Source: Lingula anatina | Lineage: Eukaryota; Animalia; Brachiopoda | NCBI GenBank assembly: GCA_051362555.1 | Contig: CM120640.1 | Span: 29,469,967-29,533,966 of the forward strand | Direction: 5' to 3' | Length of the DNA stretch: 64,000 nt | Part shown: piece after piece, positions 26,378 through 38,100 of the stretch | Layout of the letters: each line of letters begins with the position of its first letter | How positions within the stretch are numbered: the first letter of the stretch is position 1 | Program-made: the position numbers and the translations under genes | Notes under the pieces: generated by a model | Seen by the model: the letters and a program-made list of their open reading frames with translations, nothing else | Database searches by the model: none | Told to the model about the DNA's origin: nothing

Positions 26378-27202
26378 CACGACCGCGCGCACGTGTGTGT
26401 GTTTAGTGTAGGTGTAGGGGAGGATTATGTCGTTTTCACGTAGTCCTGCCATACATTGACAAGTTACCGACATTATTTTTAAAATTAATTGTAGCCTAAC
26501 ACGTAAGTCGTGGGTGTGTAGGGCTTTATTCTATATTCAATTCCATTTGCTTGAAGCTGTATTTAACGTTCAGATTCCATTTTTAATTTAAAATTATTCT
26601 GTCTTTGTTCTTTTCAATAATTTTTCTTGTATTACTTCTAAAAAGTTTTTTTTTAGGTAACAGTTGCTTTGTAATAGGTAGAGTCATCCAGACTTGTTTA
26701 CGATTCTCTAAATTAGTGATAATAACGCTAACAAGAATGCCTTAATTAAACCCGTTCTCTACAGGGCAATGTTTCCTACGTAAGGAATCCTCTTTACAGG
26801 TTTGATATGCACTGTTTGAACTTCACGCTTCGGACTGCGTATGATGGTGATGAAGACGTACGTGCCGAGATTTAATGTACATTCGAAATGATAATGTATA
26901 AAATAATCTCCGGATTTAATTTCAGTTTATTTTCCATGAAAGTTGTTTGATGTCAGACAGTCTTATTGATTCATGTGCCGATATACTTGGTATGTTTACA
27001 ATATCTATTTTATGTCGGCGTGGCAGCAGCAGCAGTTTACAATTCACTGCCAGAGACTTCTTGCTTGCCTTGCTTGTATCTGTAATAAAAATTACAAGCT
27101 TAAAACGCAGATAATTGATAGCTATGCACAGTAATAGAAATAATAGCAATTAAAAATGAAAACGACAGAAAAATGTCTTACGGGCTTAAAGCTCGATTCA
27201 AG

Positions 27203-28636
27203 GGGGTCATGCCGATACTCCCCCGCACCGATACTCCCCCGCACCGATACTCCCCCTTAGTAAATTTTTGCATTATGCACATCGATACGACCCCACACCG
27301 ATAGATCCCCGCATCGATAAACCCCCTGTAAAATTGCCGTTATACGCGCACCGTTACTCCCCCGCACCGATACTCCCCGGCGTTGTTGTTTCCCCGCACC
27401 GTTACTCCCCCGCACCGATACTCCCCCGCATCATTACTCCCCCTATGCAATTTTGCCGAAACTGAGGATCGAGTAACAGAGTCAACCCTCCATTTAATTA
27501 TACAGGTTAGGGTCAGTCTAGGTAAGTGGATCAAAATCTACGACCCGTTTAAGTCCAAATTTTGCGGAGAATCTCATGTACCACGCAAGTCCTTTATGCG
27601 AAATTTCGAGTTCGCATGTATGTAAGCACGTACGGAGGATATTGAACATTTCCAATAGATTCTACGAATAATCTGCGAACAGCGAGGCCGCAAGCGTAAT
27701 TTGCTCCCTTTCTAAGGAGTTTGCGATTGGTTTGCAAGTGAGACTTGCCTGGTCCAAGATGCACGCCGCAAGAAATGAAGGAGAAAGAGCCCTTTGCGTG
27801 TTGAGTACGGCGCACGCCCTCACATCTATAACGAACAAAATCGAAAACACGACGGGACTGCGAGTATAAAAGGCGTGCTCACGACGCATGCTCGTGTCTC
27901 GACAATTTTGTTGTGCAACAATTTTCAAAATTTTTGAATTTTGCTCAATTCAGATTCTAATCTAATTCAGATTCAAAAGACAAGGGAAAGAAGCTTAAAG
28001 AGAAGGTTGGAGGAAAAAGGCAGAATTCGAAGCGCTTTAGCACTTCTTTTTTATTACTTAATTAATAATTTTACGAATTCATCGTTGCCTGAAAAAAAAG
28101 ACATAGCTTATTATCTTAGATTAAAACTAACTTTGCCTTAAGTAAATAAAAAATTAATAAATAAATAAATAAAAGGCCGTACAATATATATACAGTAACT
28201 ACTGAGTACAGTAAGAGAACGAAATTAATTTTGCAAAAACATTTCTCAAAAATCACAAGGAAGAGCTGTAGACCTACGTACTGTCAAGCTGCACACCAAG
28301 TCTGAGATTGACTTCGTGTAACGTTCTTTATTTTTCCCAATATATTTCGAATAAAATTAGTCAATTCTGGGTCCCAAGAGGGTGGTGCATCTTGAAAAAA
28401 AAAGCATTACAGAAAGTGTTGTAAATTACGAATGGGGTTTACAAAGCCAAGGGAATCTATGCCTTGGGGGAGTACAGTAATGTTTTTGCGGAGTATCGGT
28501 ACGCGGGAGTATCAGTGCGGGGGAGTATCGGTGCGGGGATGTAAAGAAGCGGGGGAGTATCGGTGCGAGGGAGTATCGGTGCGGGAATGTAAAGAAGTGG
28601 GGGAGTATCGGTGCGGGGGAGTATAGGTACGTAGCC
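27203..28636. mobile_element. Foldback-type non-autonomous DNA transposon (Merlin- or MULE-like)
   Basis: 8-bp TSD GATTCAAG (27195-27202, 28637-28644), GG..CC termini. Arms built of 16-17 bp CCGATACTCCCCCGCA repeats (27212-27445) inverted at 28465-28625. Confidence 0.75.
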
Positions 28637-28989
28637 GATTCAAGAACCACCACAGTACAAATAGTCACCATTTTAAAAGGACACATACGCGACACAAGAC
28701 AAAGACGGATTGTCGAGAAGCTCATAAAAATATCAGACACTTTAAAAAAGGACTTTATAGAGACAATGAATATCTCAACGAATATTATTCTTGTTTTATT
28801 ATTAGGCCTACGTAATCTTCAAGACGTCAACCGTTATTACCCACTTCTAACTTCGCGTCCCTTTTACATGCATCATACGTCACGCATCCCAGTCGTTTGC
28901 TTGTTTATTCTTGTTTTGGCACTTGAAGAAGTTTCACAAGACAAAAGCTCGGACAGAGAAGAATTTCATCAGCTGTGTTAAGTTATAAG

Positions 28990-29163
28990 AATGATGTGAA
29001 TTTTTCTTCAGTCAACAGCTAATATTGATAGCCTATTTATATATACATGTATAATATGAGGATAGCCTCATTCCCTGAAGAAAATGTCCTGATAGACATC
29101 GAAATATTGGAGGTAAAACCTATCTCAATATTAGCTGTTGACTGAAGAAAAATTCACATCATT
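28990..29163 (+). mobile_element. Penelope-like element pLTR remnant with inverted repeat
   Basis: Perfect 39-bp inverted repeat AATGATGTGAATTTTTCTTCAGTCAACAGCTAATATTGA (28990-29028 / 29125-29163) enclosing a minimal hammerhead motif. Inverted pLTR segments and hammerheads are hallmarks of Penelope-like elements. Confidence 0.65.
29071..29113 (+). ncRNA. Minimal type-I hammerhead ribozyme motif (possibly degenerate)
   Basis: TTCC-CTGAAGA-AA-ATGTC-CTGATA-GACAT-C-GAA-ATAT-T-GGAG: CUGANGA and GAAA cores, 5-bp stem II, palindromic ATAT stem III, short stem I (TTCC/GGAG). The expected G10.1:C11.1 pair is A:C here. Confidence 0.6.
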
Positions 29164-32100
29164 GTTTTGGTTAATTCTCACTCTTCTGATGATCAATTTC
29201 CCATACACTTGACACTTAAAAAAAAAGACCCAGATAACTGATCAGCTTATCACAGATTTTTATTATTGTTAAGCATCATTTGTACAAATTTCAGAAATAT
29301 TCCACAAGATTTGACAAAATTATTAATGTTTAACTATTTTAAGGTCTGGGTTTTGCCAGTCTTTTCAATATAATTTTCAGTTTTCCCAAATATGTTTTCC
29401 AAAAAACACTTTTCATTAGACACAGACAACTGATCAGCTTATCACAGATTTTTATTGTTGTTAAGCATCATTTGTACAAATTTCAGAAATATTGGACCAG
29501 ATTTGACAAAATTATTAACGTTTAACTATTTCAAGTCCTGCAAATTCCCAGTCTTTTCAATATAATTTTCAGTTTTCCCAAATATGTTGTCCCAAAAAAC
29601 ACTTTTCATTAGACACAGACAACTGCTCAGCTTATCACAGATTTTTATTGTTGTTAAGCATCATTTGTACAAATTTCATAAATATTGGACTAGATTTGAC
29701 AAAATTATTACTGTTTAACTAATCAAGTCCTGCGAATTCCCAGTCTTTTCAATATAATTTTTAGTTTTCGCAAATAAATTGTCCTAAAAAACACTTTTCA
29801 TTCAATACAGACAACTGATCAGCTTATCACAGATTTTTATTGTTGTTAAGCATCATTTGTACAAATTTCATAAATATTGGACTAGATTTGACAAAATTAT
29901 TAACGTTTAACTATTTTAATTAAGTCACCAAATTTGTCATTCTTTTCAAATGTAATTTTCAGTCTTTTCAGTTATATTGTTCTTGTTTCAGAGTACCCTC
30001 ACCATGAAAAAGCTGAAAAAGCAGGCAGTGAAAGATACCACCAAGAGCAGCACTGTGTCTTCTCCATGTGTACAATACATGATATTTGGCAAGATTTACT
30101 TGTTGAGTATTGTGATAACAACAACCCCTTCCAGAAAGGAGTAATCTGCATCTTGTAGAGGTAGTAAGGAGAACTCTTGTATGGGTATATATTGTTTTCC
30201 AGATGACAGTTATAGGTAATTTGCAACCTCTTACGCAAACAACCTCAAATCATCACATTTGCTGTTTACTTTCAGAGTAAATAATACATTGCAATATTGA
30301 AATATATGTTTTGGTCAATTTTCTCTCTTCTGATAATCAATTTCCTATACATTTCACACCTAAAAAAAAGACTCAGATAACTGATAAGCTTATCACAGAT
30401 TTCTATTGTTATTAAGCATCATTTGTACAAATTTCAGAAATATAGGACAAGATTTGACAAAATTATTAACGTTTAACTATTTTAAGGCCTGGGATATGCC
30501 AGGCTTTTCAATGTAATTTTCAGTTCTCCCAACTATGTTGTCCCAAAAAACACTTTTCATTAGACACAGACAACTGATCAGCTTATCACAGATTTTTATT
30601 GTTGTTAAGCATCATTTGTACAAATTTTAGAAATATAGGACAAGATTTGACAAAATTATTAACGTTTAACTATTTCAAGTCCTACGAATTCCCAGTCTTT
30701 TCAATGTGATTTTTGGTTTTCGCAAATATATTGTCCTAAAAACCACTTTTCATTCCATACAGACAACTGATCAGCTTATCTCAGATTTTTGTTGTTGTTA
30801 AGCATTATTTGTACAAATTTCAGAAATATTGGACAAGATTTGACAAAATTATTAATGTTTAACTATTTTAAGTCCTGGGATTTGCCAGTCTTTTCAGTGT
30901 AATTTTCAGTTCTCCCATATATATTGTTCCAAAAAACACTTTTTATTAGACACAGTCAACTGATCAGCTTATCTCAGATTTTTGTTGTTGTTAAGCATTA
31001 TTTGTACAAATTTCAGAAATGTTGGACAAGATTTGACAAAATTATTAACGTTTAACTATTTTAATTAAGTCACTGAATTTGTCATTCTTTTCAAATGTAA
31101 TTTTCAGTCTTTTTAGTTATATTGTTCTTGTTTCAGAGTACCCTCACCATGAAAAAGCTGAAAAAGCAGGCAGTGAAAGATACCACCAAGAGCAGCACTG
31201 TGTCTTCTCCATGTGTACAATACTTGATATTTGGCAAGATTTAGGGCCTTGTTGAGTATTGTGATAACAACAACCCCTTCCACAAAGGAGTAATCTGCAT
31301 CTTGCAGAGGTAGTAAGGAGAACTCTTGTATGGGTATATATTGTTTTCCAGATGACAGTTATAGGTAATTTGCAACCTCTTACACAAACAACCTCAAATC
31401 ATCACATTTGCTGTTTACTTTCAGAGTAAATAATACATCGCAATATTGAAATATTTGTTTTGGTTAATTCTCACTCTTCTGATAATCAATTTCCCATACA
31501 CCTGACACTTAAAAGAAAAGACTCAGATAACTGATCAGCTTATCACAGATTTCTATTGTTGTTAAGCATCATTTGTACAAATTTCAGAAATATTCAACCA
31601 GATTTGACAAAATTATTAACGTTTAACTATTTTAAGGTCTGGGTTTTGCCAGTCTTTTCAATGTAATTTTCAGTTTTCCCAAATATGTTGTCCAAAAAAA
31701 CACTTTTCATTAGACACAGTCAACTGATCAGCTTATCTCAGATTTTTCTTGTTGTTAAGCATCATTTGTACATATTTCAGAAATATTGGACAAGATTTGA
31801 CAAAATTATTAACGTTTAACTATTTGAAGGCCTGGCATTTGCCAGTCTTTTCAGTGTAATTTTCAGTTCTCCCATATATATTGTTCCAAAAAACGCTTTT
31901 TATTAGACTCAGTCAACTGATCAGCTTATCTCAGATTTTTGTTGTTGTTAAGCATTATTTGTACAAATTTCAGAAATGTTGGACAAGATTTGACAAAATT
32001 AACGTTTAACTATTTTAATTAAGTCACTGAATTTGTCATTCTTTTCAAATGTAATTTTCAGTCCTTTCAGTTATATTGTTCTTGTTTTAGAGTACCCTCA

Positions 32101-35100
32101 CCATGAAAAAGCTGAAAAAGCAGGCAGTGAAAGATACCACCAAGAGCAGCACTGTGTCTTCTCCATGTGTACAATACATGATATTTGGCAAGATTTAGGG
32201 CCTTGTTGAGTATTGTGATAACAACAACCCCTTCCAGAAAGGAGTAATCTGCATCTTGCAGAGGTAGTAAGGAGAACTCTTGTATGGGTATATATTGTTT
32301 TCCAGGTGACAGTTATAGGTAATTTGCAACCTCTTATACAAACAACCTCAAATCATCACATTTGCTGTTTACATTCAGAGTAAATAATACATTGCAATAT
32401 TGAAATATTTGTTTTGGTTAATTCTCACTCTTCTGATGATCAATTTCCCATACACGTGACACTTAAAAAAAAAAGACTCAGATAACTGATCAGCTTATCA
32501 CAGATTTGTATTGTTGTTAAGCATCATTTGTACAAATTTCATAAATATTGGACTAGATTTGACAAAAATATTAACGTTTAACTATTATAAGTCATAAAAT
32601 ATCCCAGTCTTTTCAGCGTAATTTTCAGTTCTCCCAAATATGTTTTCCCAAAAAACACTTTTCATTAGACACAGTCAATTGATCAGCTTATCTCAGATTT
32701 TTGTTGTTGTTAAGCATCATTTGTACAAATTTCAAAAATATTGGACAATATTTGACAAAATTATTAACGTTTAACTATTTCAAGTCCTGCGAATTCCCAG
32801 TCTTTTCAATGTAATTTTTGGTTTTCGCAAATATATTGTCCTAAAAAACACTTTTCATTCAATACATACAACTGATCAGCTTATCACAGATTTCTATTGT
32901 TGTTAAGCATCATTTGTACAAATTTCAGAAATATAGGACAAAATTTGACAAAATTATTAAAGTTTTACTATTTTAAGAAATGGGATTTGCCAGTCTTTTC
33001 AATGTAATTTTCAGTTTTCCCAAATAGGTTGTCCAAAAAAACACTTTTCATTACACACAGACAACTGATCAGCTTATCACAGATTTTTGTTGTAGTTAAG
33101 CATCATTTGTACAAATTTCAGAAATGTTGGACCAGACTAGACAAAATTATTAACGTTTAACTATTTTAATTAAATCACCGAATTTGTCATTCTTTTCAAA
33201 TGTAATTTTCAGTCCTTTAAGTTATATTGTTCTTCTTTCAGAGTACCCTCACCATGAAAAAGCTGAAAAAGCAGGCAGTGAAAGATACCACCAAGAGCAG
33301 CACTGTGTCTTCTCCATGTGTACAATACATGATATTTGGCAAGATTTAGGGCCTTGTTGAGTATTGTGATAACAACAACCCCTTCCAGAAAGGAGTAATC
33401 TGCATCTTGCAGAGGTAGTAAGGAGAACTCTTGTATGGGTATATATTGTTTTCCAGATGACAGTTATAGGTAATTTGCAACCTCTTACACAAACAACCTC
33501 AAATCATCACATTTGCTGTTTACATTCAGAGTAAATAATACATTGCAATATTGAAATATTTGTTTTGGTTAATTCTCACTCTTCTGATGATCAATTTCCT
33601 ATACATTTCACACCTAAAAAAAGACTCAGATAACTGATAAGCTTATCACAGATTTCTATTGTTATTAAGCATCATTTGTTCAAATTTCAGAAATATAGGA
33701 CAAGATTTGATAAAATTATTAACGTTTAACTATTTTAAGGCCTGGGATATGCCAGGCTTTTCAATGTAATTTTCAGTTTTCCCAACTATGTTGTCCCAAA
33801 AAACACTTTTCATTAGACACAGTCAATTGATCAGCTTATCTCAGATTTTTGTTGTTGTTAAGCATCATTTGTACAAATTTCAAAAATATTGGACAATATT
33901 TGACAAAATTATTAACGTTTAACTATTTCAAGTCCTGCGAATTCCCAGTCTTTTCAATGTAATTTTTGGTTTTCGCAAATATATTGTCCTAAAAAACACT
34001 TTTCATTCAATACATACAACTGATCAGCTTATCACAGATTTCTATTGTTGTTAAGCATCATTTGTACAAATTTCAGAAATATAGGACAAAATTTGACAAA
34101 ATTATTAAAGTTTTACTATTTTAAGAAATGGGATTTGCCAGTCTTTTCAATGTAATTTTCAGTTTTCCCAAATAGGTTGTCCAAAAAAACACTTTTCATT
34201 ACACACAGACAACTGATCAGCTTATCACAGATTTTTGTTGTAGTTAAGCATCATTTGTACAAATTTCAGAAATGTTGGACCAGACTAGACAAAATTATTA
34301 ACGTTTAACTATTTTAATTAAATCACCGAATTTGTCATTCTTTTCAAATGTAATTTTCAGTCCTTTAAGTTATATTGTTCTTCTTTCAGAGTACCCTCAC
34401 CATGAAAAAGCTGAAAAAGCAGGCAGTGAAAGATACCACCAAGAGCAGCACTGTGTCTTCTCCATGTGTACAATACATGATATTTGGCAAGATTTAGGGC
34501 CTTGTTGAGTATTGTGATAACAACAACCCCTTCCAGAAAGGAGTAATCTGCATCTTGCAGAGGTAGTAAGGAGAACTCTTGTATGGGTATATATTGTTTT
34601 CCAGATGACAGTTATAGGTAATTTGCAACCTCTTACACAAACAACCTCAAATCATCACATTTGCTGTTTACATTCAGAGTAAATAATACATTGCAATATT
34701 GAAATATTTGTTTTGGTTAATTCTCACTCTTCTGATGATCAATTTCCTATACATTTCACACCTAAAAAAAGACTCAGATAACTGATAAGCTTATCACAGA
34801 TTTCTATTGTTATTAAGCATCATTTGTTCAAATTTCAGAAATATAGGACAAGATTTGATAAAATTATTAACGTTTAACTATTTTAAGGCCTGGGATATGC
34901 CAGGCTTTTCAATGTAATTTTCAGTTTTCCCAACTATGTTGTCCCAAAAAACACTTTTCATTAGACACAGACAACTGATCAGCTTATCACAGATTTTTAC
35001 TGTTGTTAAGCATCATTTGTACAAATTTCATGAATATTGGACTAGATTTGACAAAAATATTAATGTTTAACTATTATAAGTCATAAAATATCCCAGTCTT

Positions 35101-38100
35101 TTCAGCGTAATTTTCAATTCTCCCAAATATATTGTTCCAAAAAACACTTTTCATTAGACACAGTCAATTGATCAGCTTATCTCAGATTTTTTTTGTTGTT
35201 AAGCATCATTTGTACAAATTTCAGAAATAATGGACAATATTTGACAAAATTATTAACGTTTAACTATTTCAAGTCCTGCGAATTCCCAGTCTTTTCAATG
35301 TAATTTTTGGTTTTTTGCAAATATATTGTCCTAAAAAACACTTTTTATTCAATACAGACAACTGATCAGCTTATCTCTGATTTTTGTTGTTGTTAAGCAT
35401 CATTTGTACAAATTTCAGAAATATAGGACAAAATTTGACAAAATTATTAACGTTTAACTATTTTAAGGCCTGGGATTTTCCAGTCTTTTCAATGTAATTT
35501 TCAGTTTTCCCAAATATGTTGTCCCAAAAAACACTTTTCATTAAACACAGACAACTGATCAGCTTATCACAGATTTTTATTGTTGTTAAGCATTATTTGT
35601 ACAAATTTCATAAATATTAGACTAGATTTGACAAAATTATTAACGTTTAACTATTTCAAGTCCTGCGAATTCCCAGTCTTTTCAATGTAATTTTTGGTTT
35701 TCGCAAATATATTGTCCTAAAAAAGACTTTTCATTCAAAACAGACAACTGATCAGCTTATCACAGATTTCTATTGTTGTTAAGCATCATTTGTACAAATT
35801 TCAGAAATATAGGACAAGATTTGACAAAATTATTAACGTTTTACTATTTTAAGGCCTGGGATTTGCCAGTCTTTTCAATGTAATTTTCAGTTTTCCCAAA
35901 TAGGTTGTCCAAAAAAACACTTTTCATTACACACAGACAACTGATCAGCTTATCACAGATTTTTGTTGTAGTTAAGCATCATTTGTACAAATTTCAGAAA
36001 TGTTGGACCAGACTAGACAAAATTATTAACGTTTAAATATTTTAATTAAATCACCGAATTTTGTCATTCTTTTCAAATGTAATTTTCAGTCCTTTAAGTT
36101 ATATTGTTCTTCTTTCAGAGTACCCTCACCATGAAAAATCTGTAAAAGCAGGCAGTGAAAGATACCACCAAGAGCAGCACTGTGTCTTCTCCATGTGTAC
36201 AATACATGATATTTGGCAAGATTTAGGGCCTTGTTGAGTATTGTGATAACAACAACCCCTTCCAGAAAGGAGTAATCTGCATCTTGCGGAGGTAGTAAGG
36301 AGAACTCTTGTATGGGTATATATTGTTTTCCAGATGACAGTTATAGGTAATTTGCAACCTCTTACACAAACAACCTCAAATCATCACATTTGCTGTTTAC
36401 ATTCAGAGTAAATAATACATTGCAATATTGAAATATTTGTTTTGGTTAATTCTCACTCTTCTGATGATCAATTTCCTATACATTTCACACCTAAAAAAAG
36501 ACTCAGATAACTGATAAGCTTATCACAGATTTCTATTGTTATTAAGCATCATTTGTTCAAATTTCAGAAATATAGGACAAGATTTGACAAAATTATTAAC
36601 GTTTAACTATTTTAAGGCCTGGGATATGCCAGGCTTTTCAATGTAATTTTCAGTTTTCCCAACTATGTTGTCCCAAAAAACACTTTTCATTAGACACAGA
36701 CAACTGATCAGCTTATCACAGATTTTTATTGTTGTTAAACATCATTTGTACAAATTTCAGAAATATTGGACCAGATTAGACAAAATTATTAATGTTTAAC
36801 TATTTCAAGTCCTGCAAATTCATAGTGTTTTCAATGTAATTTTCAGTTTTCCCAAATATGTTGTCCAAAAAACACTTTTCATTAGACACAGACAACTGAT
36901 CAGCTTATCACAGATTTTTATTGTTGTTAAGCATCATTTGTACAAATTTCATAAATATTGGACTAGATTTGACATAATTATTACCGTTTAACTATTTTAA
37001 GGCCTGGGATTGGCCAGTCTTTTCAAATGTAATTTTCAGTCTTTTCAGTTATATTGTTCTTGTTTCAGAGTACCCTCACCATGAAAAAGCTGAAAAAGCA
37101 GGCAGTGAAAGATACCACCAAGAGCAGCACTGTGTCTTCTCCATGTGTACAATACATGATATTTGGCAAGATTTAGGGCCTTGTTGAGTATTGTGATAAC
37201 AACAACCCCTTCCAGAAAGGAGTAATCTGCATCTTGCAGAGGTAGTAAGGAGAACTCTTGTATGGGTATATATTGTTTTCCAGATGACAGTTATAGGTAA
37301 TTTGCAACCTCTTACACAAACAACCTCAAATCATCACATTTGCTGTTTACTTTAAGAGTAAATAATACATTGCAATATTGAAATATTTGTTTTGTTTAAT
37401 TCTCACTCTTCTGATAATCAATTTCCTATACATTTGACACCTAAAAAAGGACTCAGATAACTGATAAGCTTATCACAGATTTCTATTGTTATTAAGCATC
37501 ATTTGTACAAATTTCAGAAATATAGGACAAGATTTGACAAAATTATTTACGTTTAGCTATTTTAAGGCCTGGGATATGCCAGGCTTTTCAATGTAATTTT
37601 CAGTTTTCCCAAATATGTTGTCCCAAAAAACACTTTTCATTAAAAACAGACAACTGATCAGCTGATCACAGATTTTTATTGTTGTTAAGCATCATTTGTA
37701 CAAATTTCAGAAACATTGGACAAGATTTGATAAAATTATTAACGTTTAACTATTTTAAGGCCTGGGATTGGCCAGTCTTTTCAAATGTAATTTTCAGTCT
37801 TTTCCGTTATATTGTTCTTCTTTCAGAGTACCCTCACCATGAAAAAGCTGAAAAAGCAGGCAGTGAAAGATACCACCAAGAGCAGCACTGTGTCTTCTCC
37901 ATGTGTACAATACATGATATTTGGCAAGATTTACTTGTTGAGTATTGTGATAACAACAACCCCTTCCAGAAAGGAGTAATCTGCATCTTGCAGAGGTAGT
38001 AAGGAGAACTCTTGTATGGGTATATATTGTTTTCCAGATGACATTTATAGGTAATTTGCAACCTCTTACACAAACAACCTCAAATCATCACATTTGCTGT

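Noticed and set aside
27268-28740. Pro-rich ORFs (HRYSPAPILP repeats)
   Set aside because: Translations of the 16-17 bp TIR subrepeats of the foldback element.
32395-32460. CTGATGA and GAAA in the spacer tail as a satellite-encoded hammerhead
   Set aside because: Stems I-III cannot be formed in the required topology, and most copies read CTGATAA.
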